Source: an uncultured Anaerolinea sp. (GTDB lineage Bacteria > Chloroflexota > Anaerolineae > Anaerolineales > Villigracilaceae). From it: a stretch of 64,000 nt of DNA. Within the stretch, counting starts at the first letter, position 1. Each line of letters starts with the position of its first letter. The position numbers and the translations under genes were made by a program. The notes beneath the pieces were generated by a model. It made no database searches and was not told the origin of the DNA. It saw only the letters and a program-made list of their open reading frames with translations. Of the stretch, positions 54,527 to 63,163 are shown one piece after another. The DNA lies in contig CAZIYY010000001.1 of assembly GCA_964543585.1 (NCBI GenBank), positions 245-64,244 on the forward strand. Reading direction: 5' to 3'.

Positions 54527-54590
54527 CCACAGAGATCACCGAGAAAATAGGTTTTTCTCAAAGGTCTCTGTGCGCTTGCGCAGTCTGTGG
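54527..54590. repeat. REP-C hairpin element
   Basis: CCACAGAGATCACCGAGAAAATAGGTTTTTCTCAAAGGTCTCTGTG...CTGTGG. Confidence 0.7.
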
Positions 54591-54633
54591 TTAAGCAACG
54601 GGTCACTTATGCAAGAGGTAAAATAATAGAGAT

Positions 54634-54657
54634 GACCGGGCGAAAGCCCGGTCTTTT
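54634..54657 (+). terminator. Rho-independent terminator
   Basis: GACCGGGC-GAAA-GCCCGGTC followed by TTTT. Confidence 0.8.
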
Positions 54658-54735
54658 CTTTCACGCGCAACTCCGATTTTCGTCATATTGACGAGTATTT
54701 GATTCTCGTGATAATGTTAAGATGGAGAAATTGAT

Positions 54736-56034
54736 ATGCCTGAAACACTCAATGCCTTTGACATGGCGCAACAGCAGTTCGACTCAGTCGCCAAGATGCT
54801 CAACCTCGACCCCGGCGTGATCGGCGCATTGCGCTGGCCCATGCGCGAGTTTACCTTTCGCATTCCGGTGCGCATGGATAACGGCTCCCTGCAATTCTTT
54901 GAGGGATTCCGCGTCCAGCATAACGATGCGCGCGGTCCCAACAAGGGAGGCATCCGTTTCCACAAGGATGAGACGATTGATACCGTACGCGCGCTCGCGA
55001 TGTGGATGACGTGGAAATGCGCGGTGGCAGATATTCCGCTGGGCGGCGGCAAAGGCGGCATTATTGTTGATCCGTCCACGCTTTCAGACAGAGAGAAGGA
55101 ATCCTTGTGCCGCGGCTGGGTACTTCAGATGTGGCACAACCTCGGTCCGCGCCAGGACGTGCCTGCTCCAGATGTAGGCACCACCCCGCAAATGATGGGC
55201 TGGATGATGGATGAATATTCGCGCATCGTTGGTCAATATTCCCCCGGCGTGTTTACCGGGAAGCCAGTCGGTGGCGGCGGTTCGGAGGGACGCACGGAAG
55301 CGACCGGGTATGGGGTCATCTACACGGTCCGCGAGGCGATGAATCATCTCAAAATGGACTCCACAAAATGCGTTGCCGCAATTCAAGGCTTCGGCAATGT
55401 GGCACAGTACGCAGCGATTGGCTTTATCGAAATGTTGGGAGGCAAGGTGGCGTGTGTATCCTGCTGGGACCGCAATGACAAAAAATCCTACACTTACAGC
55501 CACAAGGATGGTATTGATCCACGTTTTCTGTTGACGATTGTGGATAAATATGGAACGATCAGCAAGGACGAGGCTACCAAAGCCGGATATATCATCGAAG
55601 AAGGCGAAGTCTGGATTACAAAGGAAGCCGACGTACTCATCCCTGCCGCCATTGAGGGACATGTCAACTCAGAGACGATCAAGCAAATGTCGAGCCGCGT
55701 AAAAATTGTCGCTGAGGGAGCCAACGGTCCCGTCACGCCCGAGGCGGATGAATTCTTCAAAGCGAACAAGATCTTTGATATTCCAGATTTTTTGTGCAAT
55801 GCAGGAGGCGTGACGACCTCCTACTTTGAACAAGTCCAAAACGACGCCAATTACTACTGGGAACGTGATGCAGTTTTACGCCGCCTCGACATCAAGATGA
55901 CTTCCGCATTCAAGGCTGTGCTTGATCGGAGCGACAAGGAAGGCGTTTATATGCGCGATGCCGCGTACATGGTTGCAATTGACCGGGTGGTCAAAGCCAT
56001 GGAACTGCGCGGCTGGCTTAATGCGGGCTGGTAG
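54736..56034 (+). CDS. Glu/Leu/Phe/Val-family dehydrogenase (glutamate dehydrogenase, ~430-aa type)
   Basis: NKGGIRFH, PLGGGKGG, and the dinucleotide fold IQGFGNVAQY. Confidence 0.85.
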   Translation: MPETLNAFDMAQQQFDSVAKMLNLDPGVIGALRWPMREFTFRIPVRMDNGSLQFFEGFRVQHNDARGPNKGGIRFHKDETIDTVRALAMWMTWKCAVADIPLGGGKGGIIVDPSTLSDREKESLCRGWVLQMWHNLGPRQDVPAPDVGTTPQMMGWMMDEYSRIVGQYSPGVFTGKPVGGGGSEGRTEATGYGVIYTVREAMNHLKMDSTKCVAAIQGFGNVAQYAAIGFIEMLGGKVACVSCWDRNDKKSYTYSHKDGIDPRFLLTIVDKYGTISKDEATKAGYIIEEGEVWITKEADVLIPAAIEGHVNSETIKQMSSRVKIVAEGANGPVTPEADEFFKANKIFDIPDFLCNAGGVTTSYFEQVQNDANYYWERDAVLRRLDIKMTSAFKAVLDRSDKEGVYMRDAAYMVAIDRVVKAMELRGWLNAGW

Positions 56035-56055
56035 AAAATTTTGATTTCGAATTTA

Positions 56056-56092
56056 GGTGACAGTCGCTTCGCAAAAGAGACTGTCACCTTTT
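56056..56092. terminator. Bidirectional hairpin terminator between the convergent gdh genes
   Basis: GGTGACAGTC / GACTGTCACC, a 10-bp stem with TTTT on the plus strand. Confidence 0.7.
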
Positions 56093-56100
56093 GCCTTAAT

Positions 56101-56215
56101 TAGTGACCTTACGCAGGCAAAGTCATCTGCCATGGCGCGCCACGCAAGCGCACAGAGAAAACAAGAGAAAAAAACTCAAAGGACTCAGTGGTCTCTGTGG
56201 CTAAGTGCGTAAGGT
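56101..56215. repeat. REP-C-type composite element
   Basis: GCGCACAGAGAAAACAAGAGAAAAAAACTCAAAGGACTCAGTGGTCTCTGTGG, flanked by CCTTACGCA / TGCGTAAGG arms. Confidence 0.65.
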
Positions 56216-56222
56216 GAGTTAA

Positions 56223-57581
56223 TTACACCACCCCATACGCAACCATCGCCTTCGCAACTTTGACGAAACCTGCGATGTTCGCGCCTGCCACATAATCGCC
56301 CGGCATTCCATATGCCTCGGCCGCTTCGAGACAATTCCGATGGATGCTTTTCATGATAATGTGGAGTCGCTCTTCCACCTCCTCGCGGTGCCAGGACATG
56401 CGCAGGCTGTTCTGGCTCATCTCCAAACCAGAGGTGGCAACGCCGCCCGCGTTCGCGGCTTTGGCTGGCGCGAACAAAACTTTCTTGTCGCGATAGACTT
56501 CAAGCGCGTCCATTGTAGACGGCATGTTCGCTCCTTCTGAAATGCAATAGCATCCGTTATTGAGCAAAGCCGCCGCGCTATTTTTATCAATCTCATTTTC
56601 ATGCGCGGAGGGGAAAGCCAGATCCACTTTGATGCCTTGTTCACGGATCACATCCCATACACTTTTGCCTTCGTAATAAGCCGCACCTTTGTGTTGCTCG
56701 GCATATTCTTTGATACGCCCGCGCCGCACGTTCTTCAAATCCATTACGAACGCAAGTTTCTTCATATCAATCCCCGCTTCATCCACAATGGTTCCATCTG
56801 AATCAGAAAGCGTAATGACGCGCGCGCCCATTTGATTTAATTTCTCAACCGTATATTGAGCGACATTGCCCGACGCGCTCACCGCCGCGACCTTTCCTTT
56901 GACTTCCTGCCCGCGTGTGGCTAACATCTCTGCCGCGAAGAACACCGCGCCATATCCCGTCGCCTCCGGGCGGATCAAACTTCCGCCATACTCAATGCCC
57001 TTGCCGGTCAACACGCCGGTGTGTTCATTCACGATCTTTTTGTAATAACCAAATAAATATCCGATCTCCCTGCCTCCTACACCAATGTCCCCGGCTGGCA
57101 CGTCCACGTCGGGCCCAATGTGGCGATATAACTCGCGCATGAAGGCCTGACAGAAGCGCATTACTTCTTCGTCCGATTTGCCTTTGGGATCAAAATCAGA
57201 ACCCCCTTTGCCGCCGCCCAATGGCAGGGTAGTAAGGGAGTTCTTGAAGATCTGTTCAAAGCCCAGGAACTTGATAATGCTCAAGTTCACCGACGCATGA
57301 AAACGAAGTCCGCCTTTATAGGGCCCGATGGCATTATTGAACTGCACACGGAATCCGCGATTGACCTGCACTTCCCCTTTATCGTCCACCCAGGGCACGC
57401 GAAAGAGCACCGCCCGGTCTGGCACAACGACCCGCTCATAGATTTTATTCTTTACGAATTCAGGATGTTTCTCCACAGTTGGTTCCAGCGAATCCATGAC
57501 CTCCTTTACCGCCTGATGAAACTCAGGTTGGCCAGCATCTTTCTCTTGCACCATCGCGATGACATCTTTGGTGACAGACAT
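56223..57581 (-). CDS. gdhA: NADP-specific glutamate dehydrogenase (E. coli GdhA-like, ~450 aa)
   Basis: YKGGLRFH, LPLGGGKGGSDFDPKGKS, and the Rossmann motif SASGNVAQY. Confidence 0.9.
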   Translation of the reverse strand: MSVTKDVIAMVQEKDAGQPEFHQAVKEVMDSLEPTVEKHPEFVKNKIYERVVVPDRAVLFRVPWVDDKGEVQVNRGFRVQFNNAIGPYKGGLRFHASVNLSIIKFLGFEQIFKNSLTTLPLGGGKGGSDFDPKGKSDEEVMRFCQAFMRELYRHIGPDVDVPAGDIGVGGREIGYLFGYYKKIVNEHTGVLTGKGIEYGGSLIRPEATGYGAVFFAAEMLATRGQEVKGKVAAVSASGNVAQYTVEKLNQMGARVITLSDSDGTIVDEAGIDMKKLAFVMDLKNVRRGRIKEYAEQHKGAAYYEGKSVWDVIREQGIKVDLAFPSAHENEIDKNSAAALLNNGCYCISEGANMPSTMDALEVYRDKKVLFAPAKAANAGGVATSGLEMSQNSLRMSWHREEVEERLHIIMKSIHRNCLEAAEAYGMPGDYVAGANIAGFVKVAKAMVAYGVV

Positions 57582-57669
57582 ATTTTTCTCCTTTGGCTAA
57601 ATAGATTGGTCTGACGAGATGCATACTATAAAACACCTTGCGGATGATAAAGAGACGCCCGCTTCGCGG

Positions 57670-57747
57670 GTGGTTGAGTAGGACGACAGTTCGTACACTT
57701 GCACCAGCACGTGATTTGCTTGGCAAATCATGCAGGTGTCGAAACCC
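57670..57747. repeat. Long REP-A variant with an internal hairpin
   Basis: GTGGTTGAGTAGGACG...CACTTGCACCAGCACGTGATTTGCTTGGCAAATCATGCAGGTG-TCGAAACCC. Confidence 0.6.
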
Positions 57748-57786
57748 AGCCGACAGTTGATCCCGTTTTTAAAGATGAGTCTCCCC

Positions 57787-58644
57787 TCAAGCCTTTTTCA
57801 CGCGGCTGAACACCGCCAGGGCGATCCCTCCCAGAATCGAAACACCAGCAACAAACAAGCGTATGGATACATTTTCAGCGAGAAACATAACCCCGCTCCA
57901 CGCCGCAATTACAGGCACAGAGAGCTGGACAATTGCCGCGCGTATTGTAGTCAAGCTCCTCAACGCCGCATACCAGATCACATATCCCACACCTGAAGCC
58001 AGCGCTCCTGAAAGGGTCGCCAGAAAAATCCCAGTTGTCGAGAGGTGGATATTACTCAATGAAACCGACCGAATTAATAATATCATCGGGACCGCATAAA
58101 CAAAATTTCCCGCCGTATCTGCCAGCGGATTTTGCGATCCGCGTCCGCGAATCGAATAAAAGCCCCAGGCAATGCCCGCGATGGTCATCAGTACAGAACC
58201 CAGAGGAGAGGGAGCCGCAAGCCCCGGAAATACCAGATACACCAAACCGCCCAAAGCAAGGAACAACCCGATCCATTCCAACATATGTGGGCGTTCACCG
58301 CTGGTTAACGCGGCAACGATCATGGTAATTTGCACACTACCGAAAAGGATCAACGCCCCTGTGCCAGCGGTCAGGCTGAGATAGGCGAAGGAAAAAGTAA
58401 TCGCATACAGGAACAAAAACGCGGCGGAGATCCAACTGCCGCGCAGGATGGGTTGCTCAGCTTTCCGTTGTAAGGACGCGATCACAAATAATGTGACTGC
58501 GCCTGAGACCAATCGGATCGTTGTATAACTGGCTGCGTCAATTGTATTTTGTCCCAGCGCGAGACGGTTCAACACCGAATTGGACGCGAAGGCGATCATC
58601 GTCAGTGTTGTGAACAGGCTCGTCTGCAGGGCTGATTGTTTCAT
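57787..58644 (-). CDS. DMT-superfamily (EamA-like) transporter
   Basis: 285 aa, ten hydrophobic helices, two-fold internal EamA-like symmetry. Confidence 0.8.
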   Translation of the reverse strand: MKQSALQTSLFTTLTMIAFASNSVLNRLALGQNTIDAASYTTIRLVSGAVTLFVIASLQRKAEQPILRGSWISAAFLFLYAITFSFAYLSLTAGTGALILFGSVQITMIVAALTSGERPHMLEWIGLFLALGGLVYLVFPGLAAPSPLGSVLMTIAGIAWGFYSIRGRGSQNPLADTAGNFVYAVPMILLIRSVSLSNIHLSTTGIFLATLSGALASGVGYVIWYAALRSLTTIRAAIVQLSVPVIAAWSGVMFLAENVSIRLFVAGVSILGGIALAVFSRVKKA

Positions 58645-58952
58645 TTGTGCGCTTCCAGGCAGATAACTCCCTGCGCGCCGACAACTGCATCGTGGATGGT
58701 GCCAGCGGGTAAATCCAGTCTATCGCCCGCTTTGAGTGTGAGTTGTTGACCAAGTTCAGGCATGCCAAATATGATCGAGCCGCGCAGAACGTAAATCACT
58801 TTAGCATATGAATGTGAATGCGCAGAGTAGACGTCATGCGCTCCGTTCGACCATTGATATGGACTGAGTCCTTCCTCCGCGCAAAGTCGCATCAGCGTGG
58901 ATTCGGTTGGGGGTGTTGAATCAGACCAAGGAGTGACAAGAGGCGTGTTCAT
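58641..58952 (-). CDS. Cupin-domain protein
   Basis: 103 aa. It has the H.H....E-like pattern (YSAHSHSYAKVIYVLRG) and a second His motif (GTIHDA). Confidence 0.65.
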   Translation of the reverse strand: MNTPLVTPWSDSTPPTESTLMRLCAEEGLSPYQWSNGAHDVYSAHSHSYAKVIYVLRGSIIFGMPELGQQLTLKAGDRLDLPAGTIHDAVVGAQGVICLEAHK

Positions 58953-59323
58953 AATCTTTGCATCAACTCAATTCGATTTCCAAATGGATCAAAGACATAG
59001 GCGCGTTTGAATCCATCTAGGGCAGGCTGGGTTAAATCAACTTCGCATCCCGCGCTTCGCACTTTAGCAATCAGCGAATCGAGATCATCCACGATGAATG
59101 CGGGATGCGCCTTGCGCGCGGGATGAAAATCCGCTTCGACGCCGAGATGGAGTTGAACATCTTCAGATTGAAACCATGTTCCACCGCGCGCTGCAAGTTC
59201 AGGCGGTTTTGGAATTTCTATGAATCCGAGAATGTTGATAAAAAATTCGCGCGCTTTTTCCTCCCCGCCTGCGGGACCAGCGGGCATGGCAAGTTGAACA
59301 TGATCGATGGAAAGGATTTTCAT
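58949..59323 (-). CDS. VOC-family (glyoxalase/bleomycin-resistance/dioxygenase) protein
   Basis: The ATG at 59323 gives MKILSIDHVQLAMP. HLGV...HPAF and ELMQ are typical of VOC-fold metal ligands. Confidence 0.7.
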   Translation of the reverse strand: MKILSIDHVQLAMPAGPAGGEEKAREFFINILGFIEIPKPPELAARGGTWFQSEDVQLHLGVEADFHPARKAHPAFIVDDLDSLIAKVRSAGCEVDLTQPALDGFKRAYVFDPFGNRIELMQRL

Positions 59324-59426
59324 GGGGGAAGGAAGTATACAAGTAAATACGGAAATGTCGCCACGGCGCCACGCGACGCAAGTACACACGTGTTTACCTG
59401 TCTACGTATGTACTTGTCTACATACC

Positions 59427-61229
59427 TCACAACTCGCCATACCGATCAACTCGCCTGCCAATGATGGCGAGGCTGTCTTCCCAGAATTTGCGTTTGGTAA
59501 TATCTATGCCAAAACGTTTGGCAAGTTTTGCAGCGGAGGCTTCGCCTGTGGAGGCGAGCAGGTCCTTGTAATCGGCTACGAATTCATCGCCGCGCTGTTG
59601 ATAGATGGCATACAAGCCAGTTCCAAACAAAAGTCCGAACGCATAAGGGAAGTTATAGAACGGGAAGCCCGCGGAATAGTAATGCGGCTTCCATGTCCAC
59701 ATGAATTTTTGCAGGTAGCGCTCGTCGAGACCGTCGCCATAAGTTGCCTTTTGCGCGCGTTCCATGATGTCGTTGAAATCATCGGAGGAGAGTTCCGCCT
59801 GTTCACGGCGTTCCAAAACTTCTTTTTCAAAGAGATAGCGCGAATAAATATCCACGATCACTTGTGACGCGCCCAGGATCTGGTCTTCAAGTACTGCCAG
59901 TTCTTCCTGCGGGTCGTTTGTGGATGCAAGCACGGCTTCGGCGATGATGGTTTCACACATGATGGAGGCAGTCTCGGCAAGGGTCATGGGCGTACTCTTC
60001 TGCAGAGGTGTCTTGCCCGCTTGATAAGCACAGTAGTTATGAAAGGCATGTCCGAGTTCATGCGCCAGCGTGCTTATACTATCAAGCGAACCATTATAAT
60101 TGGAGAGGATGCGGCTCTCTTTCACAGCGGGGATTCCCATGCAGAACGCGCCGCCGCGTTTGCCTTCGCGCTGTTCGGCATCTATCCAATTATTCTTGAA
60201 TGCGGTCTCCGCCATGCCGCGCAGGTCGGGCGAGAACGTGCCAAAATATTGCAGGATAAAATCGCGCGCTTCATCGAAGGAAAAGACCTTGTCCGTTTTG
60301 CCCATTGGCGCGAACAAATCCCACCAGGCGAGTTTCTCCTTGCCAAGTTTCTTTGCCTTGGTGTTGAAATACTTGCGGAACATGGGGAACGAATCTTTCA
60401 TCGCGCCTAGCATGGCTTCGAGAGTCTTGCGGTCAATGCGCGCCGAGTCAATTGCGGAATGGAGAGCGTCCTTGCGTCCGCGCTTTTTGTAGAGGACATT
60501 CGTCTCGCCTTTGACCCCGTTCATGCACGCCGCCAACGTTTCCTTGACTCCCTCCCAAGCCTGATTCTCCGCGTCATACGCGCGATGACGTGTGGCTTCG
60601 TCGGGATGCGATTTTAAGTTGATCAGCGCGGGCATGGGCATCTTTTGGGTTTTGCCGTCCAGTTCAAAATCCATAGTGAGTTGCGAGGTGACCGTCCCCT
60701 GCAGTTTGCCGAAGGCATTGCCTCCGCTCAAGGACATTTCCGCGGCGAGCATTTCCTCCGCTTCGCTCATCAGATACTTTGCCTGATCGCGCATCTCTTT
60801 AAGTGTGAAGGTATGCGCCTTGGCGGAGGGATTCGTTGTAATGGCTTGATCGAGTTTCCTGCCGAGTGTTCCCACCCAGGCGCTGAACTGTGTGCTGAGG
60901 TTGCTCTGCCGCACCTGCACCTGCTCCAATTCCGAGAGCAGGCGCATGGCGGTTTTATCGCGCGAGTTGGTGGTGACGAAGGAAGAGATGTAGGCGTCAA
61001 TCGTCCCCGAGAGTTCATAGATGGCATTGAACTGATCCACCGATTTGCCGAGCAGGTCGCCCAGTTCCTTCGATGATGTTTTTGCGCTGGCTTTGCTGAT
61101 CTTGCTTTTGTAGAATTTTTCGAGTTTATCCAAAAGACCCTTGTATTCCTTGACGGCATTCTGGAACTCTTTTGATTCAAGCGAGGGATAGACGTTTGTC
61201 AGGTCCCAATGGGGGGCAGAGATGGTCAT
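59427..61229 (-). CDS. pepF: Oligoendopeptidase F family (M3B) metallopeptidase
   Basis: Zinc motif HELGHAFH, 600 aa, M3B-like layout. Confidence 0.9.
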   Translation of the reverse strand: MTISAPHWDLTNVYPSLESKEFQNAVKEYKGLLDKLEKFYKSKISKASAKTSSKELGDLLGKSVDQFNAIYELSGTIDAYISSFVTTNSRDKTAMRLLSELEQVQVRQSNLSTQFSAWVGTLGRKLDQAITTNPSAKAHTFTLKEMRDQAKYLMSEAEEMLAAEMSLSGGNAFGKLQGTVTSQLTMDFELDGKTQKMPMPALINLKSHPDEATRHRAYDAENQAWEGVKETLAACMNGVKGETNVLYKKRGRKDALHSAIDSARIDRKTLEAMLGAMKDSFPMFRKYFNTKAKKLGKEKLAWWDLFAPMGKTDKVFSFDEARDFILQYFGTFSPDLRGMAETAFKNNWIDAEQREGKRGGAFCMGIPAVKESRILSNYNGSLDSISTLAHELGHAFHNYCAYQAGKTPLQKSTPMTLAETASIMCETIIAEAVLASTNDPQEELAVLEDQILGASQVIVDIYSRYLFEKEVLERREQAELSSDDFNDIMERAQKATYGDGLDERYLQKFMWTWKPHYYSAGFPFYNFPYAFGLLFGTGLYAIYQQRGDEFVADYKDLLASTGEASAAKLAKRFGIDITKRKFWEDSLAIIGRRVDRYGEL

Positions 61230-61308
61230 AGGGAAACTCCTTGTAAATGAAGTTGAATTAAGTATATCAAATTCAAAATATCATGCATCCCCGCTGAAGA
61301 GGTGTTTG

Positions 61309-62976
61309 TCAACGGCAGATGAAAGTTGGGATTTTTGATTCCCGCAACATATAATCCAGCGAACTACCAATAACCATGTTTCGTAACACGGAGCCGCCGT
61401 ATCCGCCCATCAGCACCAGATCAACGTTTTGTTCGTTGACAGTCGTTGTCAGGGCTGTCATCAGGTTGTTTTCAATCACGACGTAGTCAGCCTCCACCTC
61501 ATGAATATCAAGGTAACGCTTGACGTAGTCCTGGACATCCGGTTTTACCTTCCCTCCATCGAGCACAGTGAAGACTATCAATTCGGTCTTCCACATCTCG
61601 GCAAGATAGGTCGCGACGAACAATGCTTCTTTTGCGCGTTCACTTCCATCGTATGCCAGCAACGCGCGTTGGAAGTGGCTTGCTTTCGAAGGAATACCCA
61701 ACACGGGGCGGGATGAATTCGTGATGATAGTGCGAAATGGGGACTTCAAAGTGGATAACCCACCCATCGGCGGATGTGCGATCTTCAAAACGATCAAGTC
61801 TGTCATCGTGGCGCGCTCGCAAATTTTCTTGGTGATCTCGCCGGTTTCAATCAAAAGCTTCCCATCCACTTTTGCCTCGGCACATCTTTGATCGAACTGT
61901 GTTTGAACGGCAAGCGCGTTCCCGCTTTCCGCTTTCTCTTTCGAGTCAACGACATGCAAGCCATGAAGTCTCGCGCCTTCGCGTCCCGCGATGATGCTCG
62001 CCTGCTCGAGCGAGTCCCAACTTTCGGGGTTACCGCTCAATGGAACAAGAATATCCGTGAAGAGATGATCGGTGTAACGCGTGACAGTGCGCGCTTTGCG
62101 CCAGCTGCCAGGTTCGGACTGGGCGCTTCTTTCCAGGATCAAATCTGTCGCGGCGATATCAGATTGGATCTCCCACCCCAACTCACCCTCGAGCGCGGAG
62201 CGGTTCTCCGAAACCCATAGATATAAGTCGGTGATGGTGCGGTCGGGGAACCAGCGCAAGAGACCGCGGTCGCGAATCGTCTCAGCCAGGGGAATATAAA
62301 TGTTGTCGTACCAGTCCTCGACTGCGTCCTGAAACGGGATTCCACTTTTGCGTTCGCGTTCGAGCAGACATTCCTGAACGCAGATATGTTCCATCAGTTT
62401 TTCATATTGTCCCGGAATGGTCACAGTCAAATCCACGTTGGGTTTCAAGTCCATGATGCGGGTGATTTGGAGAAACTCAGCGTGTTCGGCTTTGATGATT
62501 AAATCATCGGGTTGTATGTCGGGTGTGAGTTTGATATCCGTTTGGAGTTCGATGACGCGCGCTTCGATGGTTGTAAACTTTTCCTGCCGCGCAATCGACA
62601 CGCGATGATTCCCGTCCATCACAAAATAGACTTCGCCCACTTTATACACTTCAATCGGAGGCAACCCCGCGCCCAATTCCATGAATGCGGCTTTGACGCG
62701 CGCCCACCGCTCCTGGTCTCCCGCGCGGCGCGGCAGGAAGGTGCGCGTGAAATCGCTGTCGCGTCCCACACTTCCCACGATTGCATCGAGCGGAATATGT
62801 TGCACGCCGCGTTCGGTGCGGATACGCAGTTTGAGTTTTTCAGCCACTTCTTCATATGAAAGCAGTTGCGTTGATTTGCCCGTGATGCGCGCAAGGATTT
62901 CCTGAATGGCGGCGCGTTGCCGCGCGGATTGAAAATCATGGATCGCCATTTGGAATTTATATTGATCGTGTGCCAT
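61309..62976 (-). CDS. ParB/sulfiredoxin-like N-terminal domain protein fused to tandem universal-stress-protein (USP) domains
   Basis: PPIEVYKVGEVYFVMDGNHRVSIAR (DGxHR ParB/Srx signature). The C-terminal half has two USP-like units (ILVPLSG...; LLAYDGSERAKEAL...VLMGGYGGS). Confidence 0.7.
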   Translation of the reverse strand: MAHDQYKFQMAIHDFQSARQRAAIQEILARITGKSTQLLSYEEVAEKLKLRIRTERGVQHIPLDAIVGSVGRDSDFTRTFLPRRAGDQERWARVKAAFMELGAGLPPIEVYKVGEVYFVMDGNHRVSIARQEKFTTIEARVIELQTDIKLTPDIQPDDLIIKAEHAEFLQITRIMDLKPNVDLTVTIPGQYEKLMEHICVQECLLERERKSGIPFQDAVEDWYDNIYIPLAETIRDRGLLRWFPDRTITDLYLWVSENRSALEGELGWEIQSDIAATDLILERSAQSEPGSWRKARTVTRYTDHLFTDILVPLSGNPESWDSLEQASIIAGREGARLHGLHVVDSKEKAESGNALAVQTQFDQRCAEAKVDGKLLIETGEITKKICERATMTDLIVLKIAHPPMGGLSTLKSPFRTIITNSSRPVLGIPSKASHFQRALLAYDGSERAKEALFVATYLAEMWKTELIVFTVLDGGKVKPDVQDYVKRYLDIHEVEADYVVIENNLMTALTTTVNEQNVDLVLMGGYGGSVLRNMVIGSSLDYMLRESKIPTFICR

Positions 62977-63163
62977 TCATTTCTCCGATGCAAGAGCTAT
63001 CGCCTGTTTCACAACCATCGTACGCTTCAATTGCTTGATTCAAAATTTCATTGTGCCGCGCTAAAAGAGTGGATATCGCATCATGATATTCCTGCGCGAG
63101 TTTTGTACTGCCTTCAATGTCCGTGAACAGGAAGGTAACGGTGCCTGAAGGAAGATCATTCAT
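62957..63163 (-). pseudogene. Truncated class III adenylate/guanylate cyclase gene (first ~50 codons only)
   Basis: GTVTFLFTDIEGSTKLAQEYHDAISTLLARHNEILNQAIEAYDG is the canonical N-terminus of a cyclase catalytic domain. The frame then degenerates, stops, and overlaps the next gene's start. Confidence 0.55.
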
